Made by a program: the position numbers and the translations under genes. The notes under the pieces are model-generated. The model did no database searches, was not told where the DNA came from, and worked only from the letters and a program-made list of their open reading frames with translations. A DNA stretch of 32,000 bases from Geotalea uraniireducens Rf4 (GTDB taxonomy: Bacteria > Desulfobacterota > Desulfuromonadia > Geobacterales > Geobacteraceae), in assembly GCF_000016745.1 (NCBI RefSeq), contig NC_009483.1:2730001-2762000 (forward strand). The letters are read 5' to 3'. This document shows positions 17,084 to 25,487 of this stretch, piece after piece (the stretch's first letter is position 1; each line of letters begins with the position of its first letter).

Positions 17084-18271
17084 TCAACCGGCAGGCTGCG
17101 TCTTAACTTTGTTGCCTTGCTCCGGCTGTTTGATTTCTATCTTCACCCCCGGCATCAAACGGAGTTGGCCGTCGATCACTACCGTTTCTCCCGATTGCAC
17201 CCCTTTCTCAATAACAGTTTCACCGTTGAGGGCGGTTCCGACCGTCACCTGGCGAAGCTCCACGCTCTTATCCGCTTTAACCACGAACACGAATGGCCCC
17301 TGCTGGCCGGTCTGAATTGCTTGAGTGGGGACTACCACCGAATCAGGCCTGGTGGTCAGAACCACAATTACATTGACGAATTGCCCCGGCCAAAGACGCC
17401 TCTCCGCGTTGACAAAGGTGCCCTTCAACTTGATGGTCCCCGTTGTCGAATCGACCATATTGTCCAGAAAACTTATCGTCCCGGTTTCAGGCGGTCTAAC
17501 GTCATTGGGGATGGCAGCCGCCACTTTCAGCCTTCCGCCGGCCATGTACTTCTTGATTTCGAGCAGATCATTTTCCGGTACAGAGAAGGTAACATATACC
17601 GGATTGATCTGGTTGATGGTGACAAGCACCGGAACATCGTTGGCTTTCACAAGGTTCCCTTGCTGAACCATCAGATTGCCGGTGCGGCCATTAATCGGTG
17701 AGCGGATGAAGCAGTAAGCCAATTGGATCTTCGCGCTCTCAACAGCAGCCTGGTCCGATGCCAGCGTTGCAGCAAATGCATCGGCACTGGTTTTGAGCTG
17801 GTCGTACTGTTCCCGGGTTACGATGCCGTCCTTCACAAGCCCGCCATAGCGCCGCACCTGTTCATCTGCATTTCTTGCCTGGGCCTGATCCTTTAACAGA
17901 TTCGCCTGCGCCTGCTTGAGCGCCGTTTCAAAGGGGCGAGGATCAATAGTAATGAGGAGATCCCCCTTCTTCACTTCCTGACCTTCCCTGAAATGGACCC
18001 GGGCAATCTGTCCATTGACCTGGGCTTTGATTGAGACGGTGTTGTAAGCTTCCACATTGCCGATAGCCTTCACCTGGACCGGCACATCTTTCTGCACGGC
18101 CGTTGACACTTTAACCGGTACCGGTGGCTTCGGCCGGGGCTTTTCCTGCTTCTTCGAACAACCGGGGAGCAAAAACATGATAATCGGCAGCAACAGTGCA
18201 AACTTTGCACCCGTCAACGCAATTTTACTGATATGTATGGATAACTGATGAAGACCTGTTGTATAGTTCAT
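17084..18271 (-). CDS. RND efflux periplasmic adaptor (membrane-fusion protein), lipoprotein
   Basis: HlyD/AcrA-like lipoyl, alpha-hairpin and beta-barrel regions (GQEVKKGDLLITIDPRPFE...). Lipobox is LLPG|CSKK. I prefer the ATG at 18271 (MNYTTG...), which is preceded by GGAGAG with a 6-nt spacer, over the ORF-track start at 18316. Confidence 0.9.
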   Translation of the reverse strand: MNYTTGLHQLSIHISKIALTGAKFALLLPIIMFLLPGCSKKQEKPRPKPPVPVKVSTAVQKDVPVQVKAIGNVEAYNTVSIKAQVNGQIARVHFREGQEVKKGDLLITIDPRPFETALKQAQANLLKDQAQARNADEQVRRYGGLVKDGIVTREQYDQLKTSADAFAATLASDQAAVESAKIQLAYCFIRSPINGRTGNLMVQQGNLVKANDVPVLVTINQINPVYVTFSVPENDLLEIKKYMAGGRLKVAAAIPNDVRPPETGTISFLDNMVDSTTGTIKLKGTFVNAERRLWPGQFVNVIVVLTTRPDSVVVPTQAIQTGQQGPFVFVVKADKSVELRQVTVGTALNGETVIEKGVQSGETVVIDGQLRLMPGVKIEIKQPEQGNKVKTQPAG

Positions 18272-18489
18272 AATCGGCTCTCCTGCCGTCGAGTTTATAC
18301 TTTCTTCATAGCACATCGGGTCTGTTTATTAAAGAATTTCTGCATTAGTCGGATATGCTCAACTTCACAGTTTCCCATCCGGGTTTCCGCATGAAACTAT
18401 TTGCTAAATATCTTCCCCTGAAATCCGATAAGAAGATTGATAGTCTTGGCAAACGGTCATTACTTACTTCTTCAAGGACGGTGACCATA

Positions 18490-20799
18490 ATGAAACCTCC
18501 TCTTCGGGTACTGATTATTGATGATTCGCCAGACGATGCCAGGTTGATCGTTAGAGAACTTCAACATGAATTCGATCCGGTAGTCGATCGGGTTGAAACA
18601 TCAGAAGAAATGAAGTCGGCTCTTAATGCCGAAAACTGGGACGTTGTCATATCGGACTACGTCATGCCGCAATTTAGCGGCTTGTCCGCACTGAAATTAC
18701 TGCATCAGCTGAATATCGATTTACCGTTCATAATGGTGTCGGGACAGATGGGTGAAGAAGTGGCCGTTGAATCCATGCGTGCCGGCGCCCGCGACTACCT
18801 CATCAAAGACAACCTGACCAGGCTTATCCCCGCAATCAAACGGGAACTTAAAGAAGCATTCGTCCGTAACGAGCGCAGAAAGGCCGAGAAAGCGCTTCAT
18901 GCCACAGAAGCAAGGTTTCAGAGCCTTGTCGAACAGTCGCTCGTAGGCATCTATCTGCTGCAAGACGGTATTTTTTCCTATGTAAATCCGAAGTTTGCCA
19001 GGATTTTCGGATACCAGCAAAACGAGCTTATAGAATCCAAAACTCTTTTGGATCTTGTTGCCGAAAGTGACCGCAACAAGGTTATCGAAAGCTATTTGAA
19101 TCTGCTGGGGGAAAATGCCCAAAGCCTTCACTTCAATTTCCAGGGAAAGCGCAAATATGCAAAAATCATCGATCTGGAGGCACACGGCGCTAAAACTGAA
19201 CTGAATGGAAAACCGGCCGTCATCGGAACTTTGCTCGACATTACCGAGCGTAAGCGCGCGGAAGAAGAACTGCGCAAACTTTGGCGAGCGGTAGAGCAAA
19301 GTCCGGTTTCAGTCGTGATTACAGACACAGAAGGCAACATTGAATATGTAAATCCCAAGTTCACGGCTGTTTCCGGTTATAACGAACAGGAGTTGCTCGG
19401 GAAGAATCCTCGAATTTTACAAGCCGGCACCATGAAAGCGGATGAATACAAGCAGATGTGGGAAACAATCACCGCGGGAAAGGAGTGGCACGGCGAATAT
19501 CACAACAAAAAGAAAAATGGCGAACTTTTTTGGGAAAGTGCATCAATCTCCGCCATTAAAAACACAGAAGGACAAATAACCCATTACGTTGGAGTCAAGG
19601 AAGACATAACCGAGCGCAAGAAATCAATCGAGCAGTTGCGTCAGGCGCAGAAAATGGAAGCAATCGGTCAACTGGCAGGTGGAATTGCACACGACTTTAA
19701 TAACCTGCTCACAATAATTAACGGATATAGCACCCTTTTGCTGCGATCATTGGGGATCGATTCTCCCCAGCACAAAGAGGCAGAGCAGATACTGCGCGCT
19801 GGCGAGCGGGCGGCGGATCTGACTCGGCAGCTTCTAAGCTTCAGCCGCAAACAGATATTGGCGCCCAAAGTACTGAATATAAATACTCAGGTTAAAAACA
19901 TCGAAAAAATGCTCTGCCGTCTGATCGGTGAGCATATCACACTCGTGACAAACATGGATCCGGACGTGGGATTGATCAAGATCGATCCGGGTCAGGTTGA
20001 ACAGATCATCATGAATTTAGCAGTGAACGCCCGTGATGCTTCGGAAGACGGCGGAAGGATCGTCATAGAAACAGCCAACGCAGAGTTGGATGATGAATTT
20101 GCCGCAAACCACCCCGGTTCCGTTCCCGGGAGTTATATCATGCTGTCGGTCTGTGATAACGGCATGGGCATGAGCGAGGACGTTAAAAGACGTCTGTTTG
20201 AACCCTTCTTTACCACAAAAGAACTGGGACGAGGCACAGGCCTGGGGCTTGCGACGGTGTACGGCATCGTCAAGCAAAGCGGCGGTTATATCGATATAAC
20301 CAGCGAATTGGAACAAGGAGCTACTTTCAAGATATTTCTGCCCCGCGTCCACCAACAGATGGATACTATTACAAAACCGTCCACCGAAGAAGTTCCGCAA
20401 GGCTCACAAACTATTCTCGTAGTTGAAGACGAGCCGGGAGTTCTTAACCTCGTGGTCCATACATTAAACAAACAGGGGTACAATGTCCTTGAAACAACCG
20501 ACCCCCTGGAGGCACTGGAGATTTTTGACCAGCATCAGACGGAAATTGATCTGGTGTTGACCGACGTTGTCATGCCCTTTATGAGCGGGCCGAAGCTGGC
20601 TGAAACATTGACGCAAAAGAAACCGGGGATTAAGATAATTTTTATGTCGGGCCACACCGACGACAAGATCAATTTTGAAAAGATCCTCGAAAAAGGGGTG
20701 CCTTTTCTGGCAAAACCTTTTGTTAACGGTTCATTGGTAAAAAAAGTCGGGCATGCGTTGGGTAATGACGCTATCCGGACTGAAACCGTTAAGGCATAA
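18490..20799 (+). CDS. Hybrid sensor histidine kinase: REC - PAS - PAS - HisKA - HATPase_c - REC
   Basis: The N-terminal receiver starts at MKPPLRVLIIDDSPDD (acceptor region VVISDYVMPQFSG). Two PAS modules follow. It has H-box HDFNNLLTII, N-box NLAVNARDA, G1 DNGMGM, G2 GTGLGL, and a C-terminal receiver (LVLTDVVMPFMSG). No TM segment is present, so it is cytoplasmic. The start is set at the ATG at 18490 where the receiver begins; the 45-aa upstream extension has no features. Confidence 0.9.
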   Translation: MKPPLRVLIIDDSPDDARLIVRELQHEFDPVVDRVETSEEMKSALNAENWDVVISDYVMPQFSGLSALKLLHQLNIDLPFIMVSGQMGEEVAVESMRAGARDYLIKDNLTRLIPAIKRELKEAFVRNERRKAEKALHATEARFQSLVEQSLVGIYLLQDGIFSYVNPKFARIFGYQQNELIESKTLLDLVAESDRNKVIESYLNLLGENAQSLHFNFQGKRKYAKIIDLEAHGAKTELNGKPAVIGTLLDITERKRAEEELRKLWRAVEQSPVSVVITDTEGNIEYVNPKFTAVSGYNEQELLGKNPRILQAGTMKADEYKQMWETITAGKEWHGEYHNKKKNGELFWESASISAIKNTEGQITHYVGVKEDITERKKSIEQLRQAQKMEAIGQLAGGIAHDFNNLLTIINGYSTLLLRSLGIDSPQHKEAEQILRAGERAADLTRQLLSFSRKQILAPKVLNINTQVKNIEKMLCRLIGEHITLVTNMDPDVGLIKIDPGQVEQIIMNLAVNARDASEDGGRIVIETANAELDDEFAANHPGSVPGSYIMLSVCDNGMGMSEDVKRRLFEPFFTTKELGRGTGLGLATVYGIVKQSGGYIDITSELEQGATFKIFLPRVHQQMDTITKPSTEEVPQGSQTILVVEDEPGVLNLVVHTLNKQGYNVLETTDPLEALEIFDQHQTEIDLVLTDVVMPFMSGPKLAETLTQKKPGIKIIFMSGHTDDKINFEKILEKGVPFLAKPFVNGSLVKKVGHALGNDAIRTETVKA

Positions 20800-20810
20800 G
20801 GAGATGGTAC

Positions 20811-21857
20811 ATGAAAGAACATATACTGATTGCAGACGATGAAGAGATGATTAGAGATCTTCTGTGCGCTACCCTGGGCAAGGAAGGTTACATCTGTCAT
20901 CAGGCGAGCAACGTAGAAGAAGGCCTTGCTATCATGAAAACAGAGCCGATAGATATTGCCTTCCTTGATATCATGATGCCCGGCCGCTCCGGAGTCGAAT
21001 TGCTGAAAGAATCCAAGACCCTTAAACCGGAAATCATCGTTTTGATGGTCACAGCCATGAATGATATGGATACGGCTTTGTCGTGCATTCACCTTGGCGC
21101 AGAAGATTATATCACCAAGCCGTTCAACCTGGACAGGGTTCTGCTGATTGCTCGAAATGCCACGGAAAAACAGCGGTTGATGCGTGATAACAAGGAATAC
21201 CAGGCTAATCTGGAAATGAAGGTACGTGAACAGACGGAAGTGATCCGTACCGCAATGGGAGAAATAAATCTTGCCTATGAGCATACGTTGACAGCACTCA
21301 TAAGGGCATTGGATGCAAGGGAAAAAGAGGTGGGCTCCCATTCCGAACGGGTTATGGCGTACACACTATTGCTTGCCGGGGAAGTGGGCATAAACGAAAC
21401 CGACCGGGCTGCAATGGCCAAAGGCGCGCTCCTGCACGACATCGGCAAGATCGGCATTTCAGACAACATTCTCTTGAAACCGGGAAAATTGAACAATGAC
21501 GAATGGACCGTAATGAAACAACATCCTCATGTGGGACATGAGATACTCACGGGAATAAATTATTTCAAAGGGGCTGCTGAATTAGTGCTCGCCCATCACG
21601 AGCGCTATGACGGCAACGGCTATCCAAACGGGCTGCAGGGCGATACAATTCCCGTCAGCGCACGCATTTTTGCGCTGGTAGACACCCTCGACGCCATGAC
21701 ATCAGACAGACCTTATCGCAAGGCCCTTCCTTTTCATGCAGTCATAGATGAAGTTGTCAAATGCAGTGGTTACCAGTTCGACCCGGCTTTGGTGGATGTA
21801 TTTTTGAAAGTTCAGAAAAAAGAGTGGGAAGAATCTGCCGGAAAATACTTTCTTTAG
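20811..21857 (+). CDS. Response regulator with HD-GYP output domain (c-di-GMP phosphodiesterase type)
   Basis: 348 aa with REC (IAFLDIMMPGRSG), HD motif LLHDIGKIG and HHERYDGNGYP. It starts 11 nt after the kinase stop and has a GGAG SD. Confidence 0.9.
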   Translation: MKEHILIADDEEMIRDLLCATLGKEGYICHQASNVEEGLAIMKTEPIDIAFLDIMMPGRSGVELLKESKTLKPEIIVLMVTAMNDMDTALSCIHLGAEDYITKPFNLDRVLLIARNATEKQRLMRDNKEYQANLEMKVREQTEVIRTAMGEINLAYEHTLTALIRALDAREKEVGSHSERVMAYTLLLAGEVGINETDRAAMAKGALLHDIGKIGISDNILLKPGKLNNDEWTVMKQHPHVGHEILTGINYFKGAAELVLAHHERYDGNGYPNGLQGDTIPVSARIFALVDTLDAMTSDRPYRKALPFHAVIDEVVKCSGYQFDPALVDVFLKVQKKEWEESAGKYFL

Positions 21858-21895
21858 GTACATAGAATTTCCTGATATACCGATTTTGATTGGAG

Positions 21896-21981
21896 GGGCG
21901 AAGCAAACGCTTTATCTGCTTCGCCCGCCTTTGGTGGCGTTGCGAACAAGGGCGAAGCACGATGAAGCCGTGCTGTCGCCC
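21896..21981. terminator. Two GC-rich hairpins between convergent genes (probable bidirectional terminator region)
   Basis: Hairpin 1 pairs GGGCGAAGCA (21896-21905) with TGCTTCGCCC (21917-21926), a 10-bp perfect stem with an 11-nt loop. Hairpin 2 spans 21950-21981 (GGGCGAAGCACG / CGTGCT-G-TCGCCC), 12 bp with a 1-nt bulge. The U-tracts are weak, so the intrinsic-terminator call is tentative. Confidence 0.45.
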
Positions 21982-22027
21982 CTACGTGGTATATTGATAA
22001 TTACCAAGTCCCTTAATACAATATCGT

Positions 22028-23479
22028 TTATTCAGTAGCACCTATCTTGTAACGCTCCAACCGGTCCCGCAACGTGTTACGGCTGATTCCCAGCAGTTTA
22101 GCGGCAAACACCTGATTATTATTGGACTTTTCCATGGCCATATGGATAAGGGCCTTTTCAAGCCCCATATTGACGCTCTCGTAAATAGTGCCTTTGTTCT
22201 TGATGCAAATGCCTTCAAAAACCGGTTCGAGCATGTTCCAGAAGACCTCGTAATAGTCTTCACCGGCAATGTCAAGGTCGACCTCCTTGAACCCTGCCTT
22301 GGCTTGTAAAAATGACTCCAGATCTTCCGGCATCAGGATACCGCTTTTACAAAAAACGGTTGCCGAATTGATGACGTTTTTCAACTCTCGTATATTCCCT
22401 TCCCAAGGATGCGCGATCAGCAACTCCAGGGTTTCCTTCGCTATGCGCTTGATTGATTTTCCATATTTACGGGAAAATTTCTTGATAAACAGATCAATCA
22501 GCAGGGGAATATCTTCTATCCTTTCCCTGAGAGGCGGCAAGAAAAAATTGACGACACGCAACCGATAAAAGAGATCCATTCTGAAAACCTTCTCTTTCAC
22601 CGAATTAATCAGACTCTTATTGGTTGCAGCGATGATGCGCACATCGACTCGTATGGTTTCATTCCCCCCTACCCTCTCGAATTCCTGGTTTTCCAGTACC
22701 CGCAATAATTTACCTTGATTGGACAGGCTCATCTCGCCGATTTCGTCCAGGAAGATCGTACCGCCGTTGCACTGCTCGAATTTGCCGATTCTGCGTGCAT
22801 GGGCATCGGTAAACGCTCCTTTTTCATGGCCGAAAAGTTCGGATTCCAGCAATGCTTCCGGTAAGGCTGCACAGTTTACTGCCAAAAACGGTCGGTTCTT
22901 CCGCCGTGAATTGTTATAGATGGCCCTAGCCAAAAGCTCCTTGCCGGTACCGCTTTCTCCTTGAATCAAGACAGTTGCATCGGAATCGGCCACCTTCCCG
23001 ACCATTTTCCAGATCTCGATCATTTCAGGCGAAGAGCCGATCATGATGTCATCGGCATGCTCATCTTCGGATAACTGCTTGGTATCTTTGGTATATCTTA
23101 CTTTACGACTGAGAAGATTACATTCCAGAGCCTTGTGAACAGCGGATTTCAACTTGTTCATATCAAACGGCTTGGTCACATAATCATAGGCGCCATACTT
23201 CATGGCCTCAATGGCATTCTGGGTAGTCTTGTTGCCTGTAGTCATTATGACTGACAGCCCCGGATCGATCTTCTTCGCTTCCTGCAGCACTTGTAGGCCG
23301 GATTTCCTGGGAAGATTAATATCGACAATAGCCACATTGGGACGCTCTGTCGTAATAAAGCGAAGGGCCTGTTCACTTTCGCTCTCCAAAATAATGTCCA
23401 TCTCTTCACCGATGAAAACGGTCTTTAACATCTGGAGAATATCAATGTCATCATCCAAAATAAGCAGTTTGGTATTCAT
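22028..23479 (-). CDS. Sigma54-dependent transcriptional response regulator (NtrC family: REC - AAA+ - Fis-type HTH)
   Basis: 483 aa with REC (VAIVDINLPRKSG). The AAA+ domain has Walker A GESGTGKE, a sigma54-contact loop reading GAFTDA, and R-finger region EGNIRELKN. The C-terminal HTH is AAKLLGISRNTLRDRLERY. Confidence 0.9.
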   Translation of the reverse strand: MNTKLLILDDDIDILQMLKTVFIGEEMDIILESESEQALRFITTERPNVAIVDINLPRKSGLQVLQEAKKIDPGLSVIMTTGNKTTQNAIEAMKYGAYDYVTKPFDMNKLKSAVHKALECNLLSRKVRYTKDTKQLSEDEHADDIMIGSSPEMIEIWKMVGKVADSDATVLIQGESGTGKELLARAIYNNSRRKNRPFLAVNCAALPEALLESELFGHEKGAFTDAHARRIGKFEQCNGGTIFLDEIGEMSLSNQGKLLRVLENQEFERVGGNETIRVDVRIIAATNKSLINSVKEKVFRMDLFYRLRVVNFFLPPLRERIEDIPLLIDLFIKKFSRKYGKSIKRIAKETLELLIAHPWEGNIRELKNVINSATVFCKSGILMPEDLESFLQAKAGFKEVDLDIAGEDYYEVFWNMLEPVFEGICIKNKGTIYESVNMGLEKALIHMAMEKSNNNQVFAAKLLGISRNTLRDRLERYKIGATE

Positions 23480-23557
23480 AATATGTCCTCTCGCTTATAC
23501 GTAGATACTTTACATATCGGCTTAAAAAGCCTGCACTTTAGAAATTAAGGAATTATA

Positions 23558-23630
23558 ATCGGGTAGGAGGCGGGATTGCTCCCGCCGTCCTCCCACACCA
23601 CCGTGCGTACGGTTCCGTACACGGCGGTTC
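23558..23630 (-). ncRNA. Group II intron domains V and VI
   Basis: Domain V is GAACCGCCGUGUACGGAACCGUACGCACGGUGGU (23630-23597). It forms a 6-bp lower stem, a 2-nt AC bulge on the 3' strand, a 7-bp upper stem and a 4-nt loop. Domain VI is GGGAGGAC-GGCGGG-AGCAAU-CCCGCC-UCCU-A-CCC, with a single bulged A (23564) 7 nt from the proposed 3' splice site. Confidence 0.7.
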
Positions 23631-24885
23631 ATGAAGTACGTTGAAGTCGGTGAAGCTGGTCTATGAGTGATACCAGCCCCAGTTTGTCGAAGTAGAATTT
23701 CGGAACAGCTTTGTTCATATGCGCGGCCCCTGCATTCCACCAGGGGCCGCGGCCGTTTGTGGCCGACCGCCATGCAGTTGCCTCCGATAATCCCCGCCGC
23801 ATCAGTTTCTTTGCTCGCGTCTTGGGGCGCTTCCACTGCTTCCAGAGAATGCGACGCAGTTTACGTCTCAGCCATCCGTCCAGTTCCTCGAAGATGCCTT
23901 TTACTTCCGCGTACCGAAAGTAGTTTAACCAACCCCTAAGTTTCGGGGTTGTCTCTTCAACGGTGGTTTGGATGTTCTGACCCCTTCCCCGCCTAAAGAT
24001 CGTCTTGAGGTTGGCCTTGAGCCTGGCAGCCGCTTTCTTGGCCACGGTAAGCCGCGGTTTGCGGTGCCGGGTCATGCTGTAACTCAGAAACGACCTTTTC
24101 CACGGACGGTCAACCGCGCTTTTGCCCTGGTTGACCGTGAGCTTGAGCCGCTCGGACAGGTAGCCGGTAATTGAGGCCATGACACGCTCGCCGCTTCTCC
24201 TCGTTGCAACATAGATATTTGCGTCGTCGGCATAGCGGCAGAACTTATGGCCCCTTCTTTCCAGTTTCTTGTCCAGTTCGTCGAGGAGGATGTTGGACAG
24301 CAGCGGCGAGAGAGGCCCGCCTTGCGGCGTGCCTTCCAACCGGGGTGACGTCACTCCTCCTTCAAGTATCCCTGCCTTAAGGTAGCTGTCGATAAGGGAC
24401 AGCACCAGACGGTCTCCAACCTTGCGTTTCACCAGCGACATAAGGGTGTCGTGGTGGACTCGGTCGAAAAATTTCTCAAGGTCAATGTCAACCACCCACC
24501 TAAGGCCGCTCTCTACATACTTCCGAGCTGCCTTGATCGCTTGATGGGCGCTCCGTCCAGGGCGAAACCCGTGGGAACTTATGGAGAAACCAGGGTCGAA
24601 CAGCGGGCTCAAAACTTGATGCACCGCCTGCTGAATGAGTCGGTCAAGGACGGTGGGAATTCCCAGCATCCGTGTGCCGCCTCCCGGTTTGGGAATTTCT
24701 ACTTTCCGCACCGGTTGCGGGTGATACGTTCCCGTCAGCAGTTCTTCTCTGATGCGCGGCCATTCCTCCTGTAGGTAGCCCTTCAGGGCCGTTACCGGCA
24801 TGTTATCGACGCCGGGCGCTCCCTTGTTGCGCATTACCCGTGAGTATGCCGCCATCATGTTGCCGCGACTGACGATCTTCTCCAT
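23629..24885 (-). CDS. Group II intron-encoded reverse transcriptase/maturase, no endonuclease domain
   Basis: RT blocks include NKGAPGVDNM, PKPGGGTRMLGIPTVLDR, GTPQGGPLSPLLSNILL and FCRYADDANIYV (YADD). The maturase/X region is LRGWLNYFRYA. The C-terminal tail has no Cys/His-rich En motif. The start is placed at MEKIVSRGN (24885); the upstream 49 codons of the ORF-track call lie in ribozyme sequence. Confidence 0.9.
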   Translation of the reverse strand: MEKIVSRGNMMAAYSRVMRNKGAPGVDNMPVTALKGYLQEEWPRIREELLTGTYHPQPVRKVEIPKPGGGTRMLGIPTVLDRLIQQAVHQVLSPLFDPGFSISSHGFRPGRSAHQAIKAARKYVESGLRWVVDIDLEKFFDRVHHDTLMSLVKRKVGDRLVLSLIDSYLKAGILEGGVTSPRLEGTPQGGPLSPLLSNILLDELDKKLERRGHKFCRYADDANIYVATRRSGERVMASITGYLSERLKLTVNQGKSAVDRPWKRSFLSYSMTRHRKPRLTVAKKAAARLKANLKTIFRRGRGQNIQTTVEETTPKLRGWLNYFRYAEVKGIFEELDGWLRRKLRRILWKQWKRPKTRAKKLMRRGLSEATAWRSATNGRGPWWNAGAAHMNKAVPKFYFDKLGLVSLIDQLHRLQRTS

Positions 24886-25487
24886 CAGTCCCGTTGCCGC
24901 TTCCGGCCAGTGAGCTGCTTTCCTTCCCGTGACGTTTGCCGCACCTCTCCCTTTCTCTCGCGGTTTCCAACCGCTACCCTCCGGGCTGGCGCCGGGTATC
25001 CCAACCCGGCCTTCTGCTGCTCCTGTCGTCATCGAAACTCAAGGCTCCTGTCCGCTTACTTCAAGTTCGGCCCTTTGTCGGTCGGTTATTCCGACTCGTA
25101 TGGCCTCTGCTGACTTCTGCCAACCCATCCCGGCACCTCTCGATGCCGGTAGCACAAGGCAGGTTGACAGACCTCCCAGGGTAATGCGCGTGACCTTCAT
25201 CCCATATACCCGCCGCATCTACTTCCACATCTTTCTGGATGGTTATCGGGCTTTGAATCTGTTTGCCTTCTCGCCCAGATGTGGCTGCCTCATATGCGAT
25301 TCCTGTTCGTCGGGCCAGGACTTTGCCTACAGCTTCCTTCAGATTCCGGGTCGCCCCGGACACCCTTGCTGTTCAGCTATCGGTTCCCACCATCAGGGTC
25401 CGAAGAGGACTTTCACCTCCAAGTCACCAATCAGGCACCATACCCAATTGGATGGCGCTTACGCGCCACGCGCCATGCCTGGCGCAC

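Larger units (their letters stand above)
23558..25487 (-). mobile_element. Group II intron, apparently full length (~1.93 kb), terminator-associated (class IIC-like)
   Basis: On the minus strand the 5' end is GTGCGCC at 25487. About 600 nt of ribozyme sequence lie upstream of the IEP ORF, which sits in the domain IV position. The domain V and VI hairpins and the 3' end ...CCCGAU at 23558 follow. Boundaries are by eye, roughly +/- a few nt. Confidence 0.85.

Noticed and set aside
18272-18489. N-terminal extensions in the ORF track for the MFP (to 18316) and the hybrid kinase (from 18355), and similarly apgM (to 30725)
   Set aside because: The extensions lack domain content. The internal starts coincide with an SD plus a lipoprotein signal (MFP), the beginning of the receiver fold (kinase), or the canonical MKYIVLLGDG N-terminus (apgM).
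20535-21341. 268-aa minus-strand ORF spanning the kinase/HD-GYP junction
   Set aside because: It is antisense to two ORFs with complete, ordered catalytic motifs. Its translation is low-complexity (Phe/Cys/His-rich) with no recognisable motif or SD. This is a typical shadow ORF.
23522-23836. 104-aa minus-strand ORF overlapping the 3' end of the RT gene
   Set aside because: It is an alternate frame of the IEP 3' end that runs through intron domains V/VI into the exon. Those bases are accounted for by RNA structure.
24886-25032. 49-codon N-terminal extension of the intron RT in the ORF track (MTTGAAEGRV...)
   Set aside because: The Gly/Ala/Arg-rich extension has no RT block 0 similarity. The conserved IEP N-terminus begins at MEKIVSRGN. 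The extension would also leave too little 5' ribozyme sequence.
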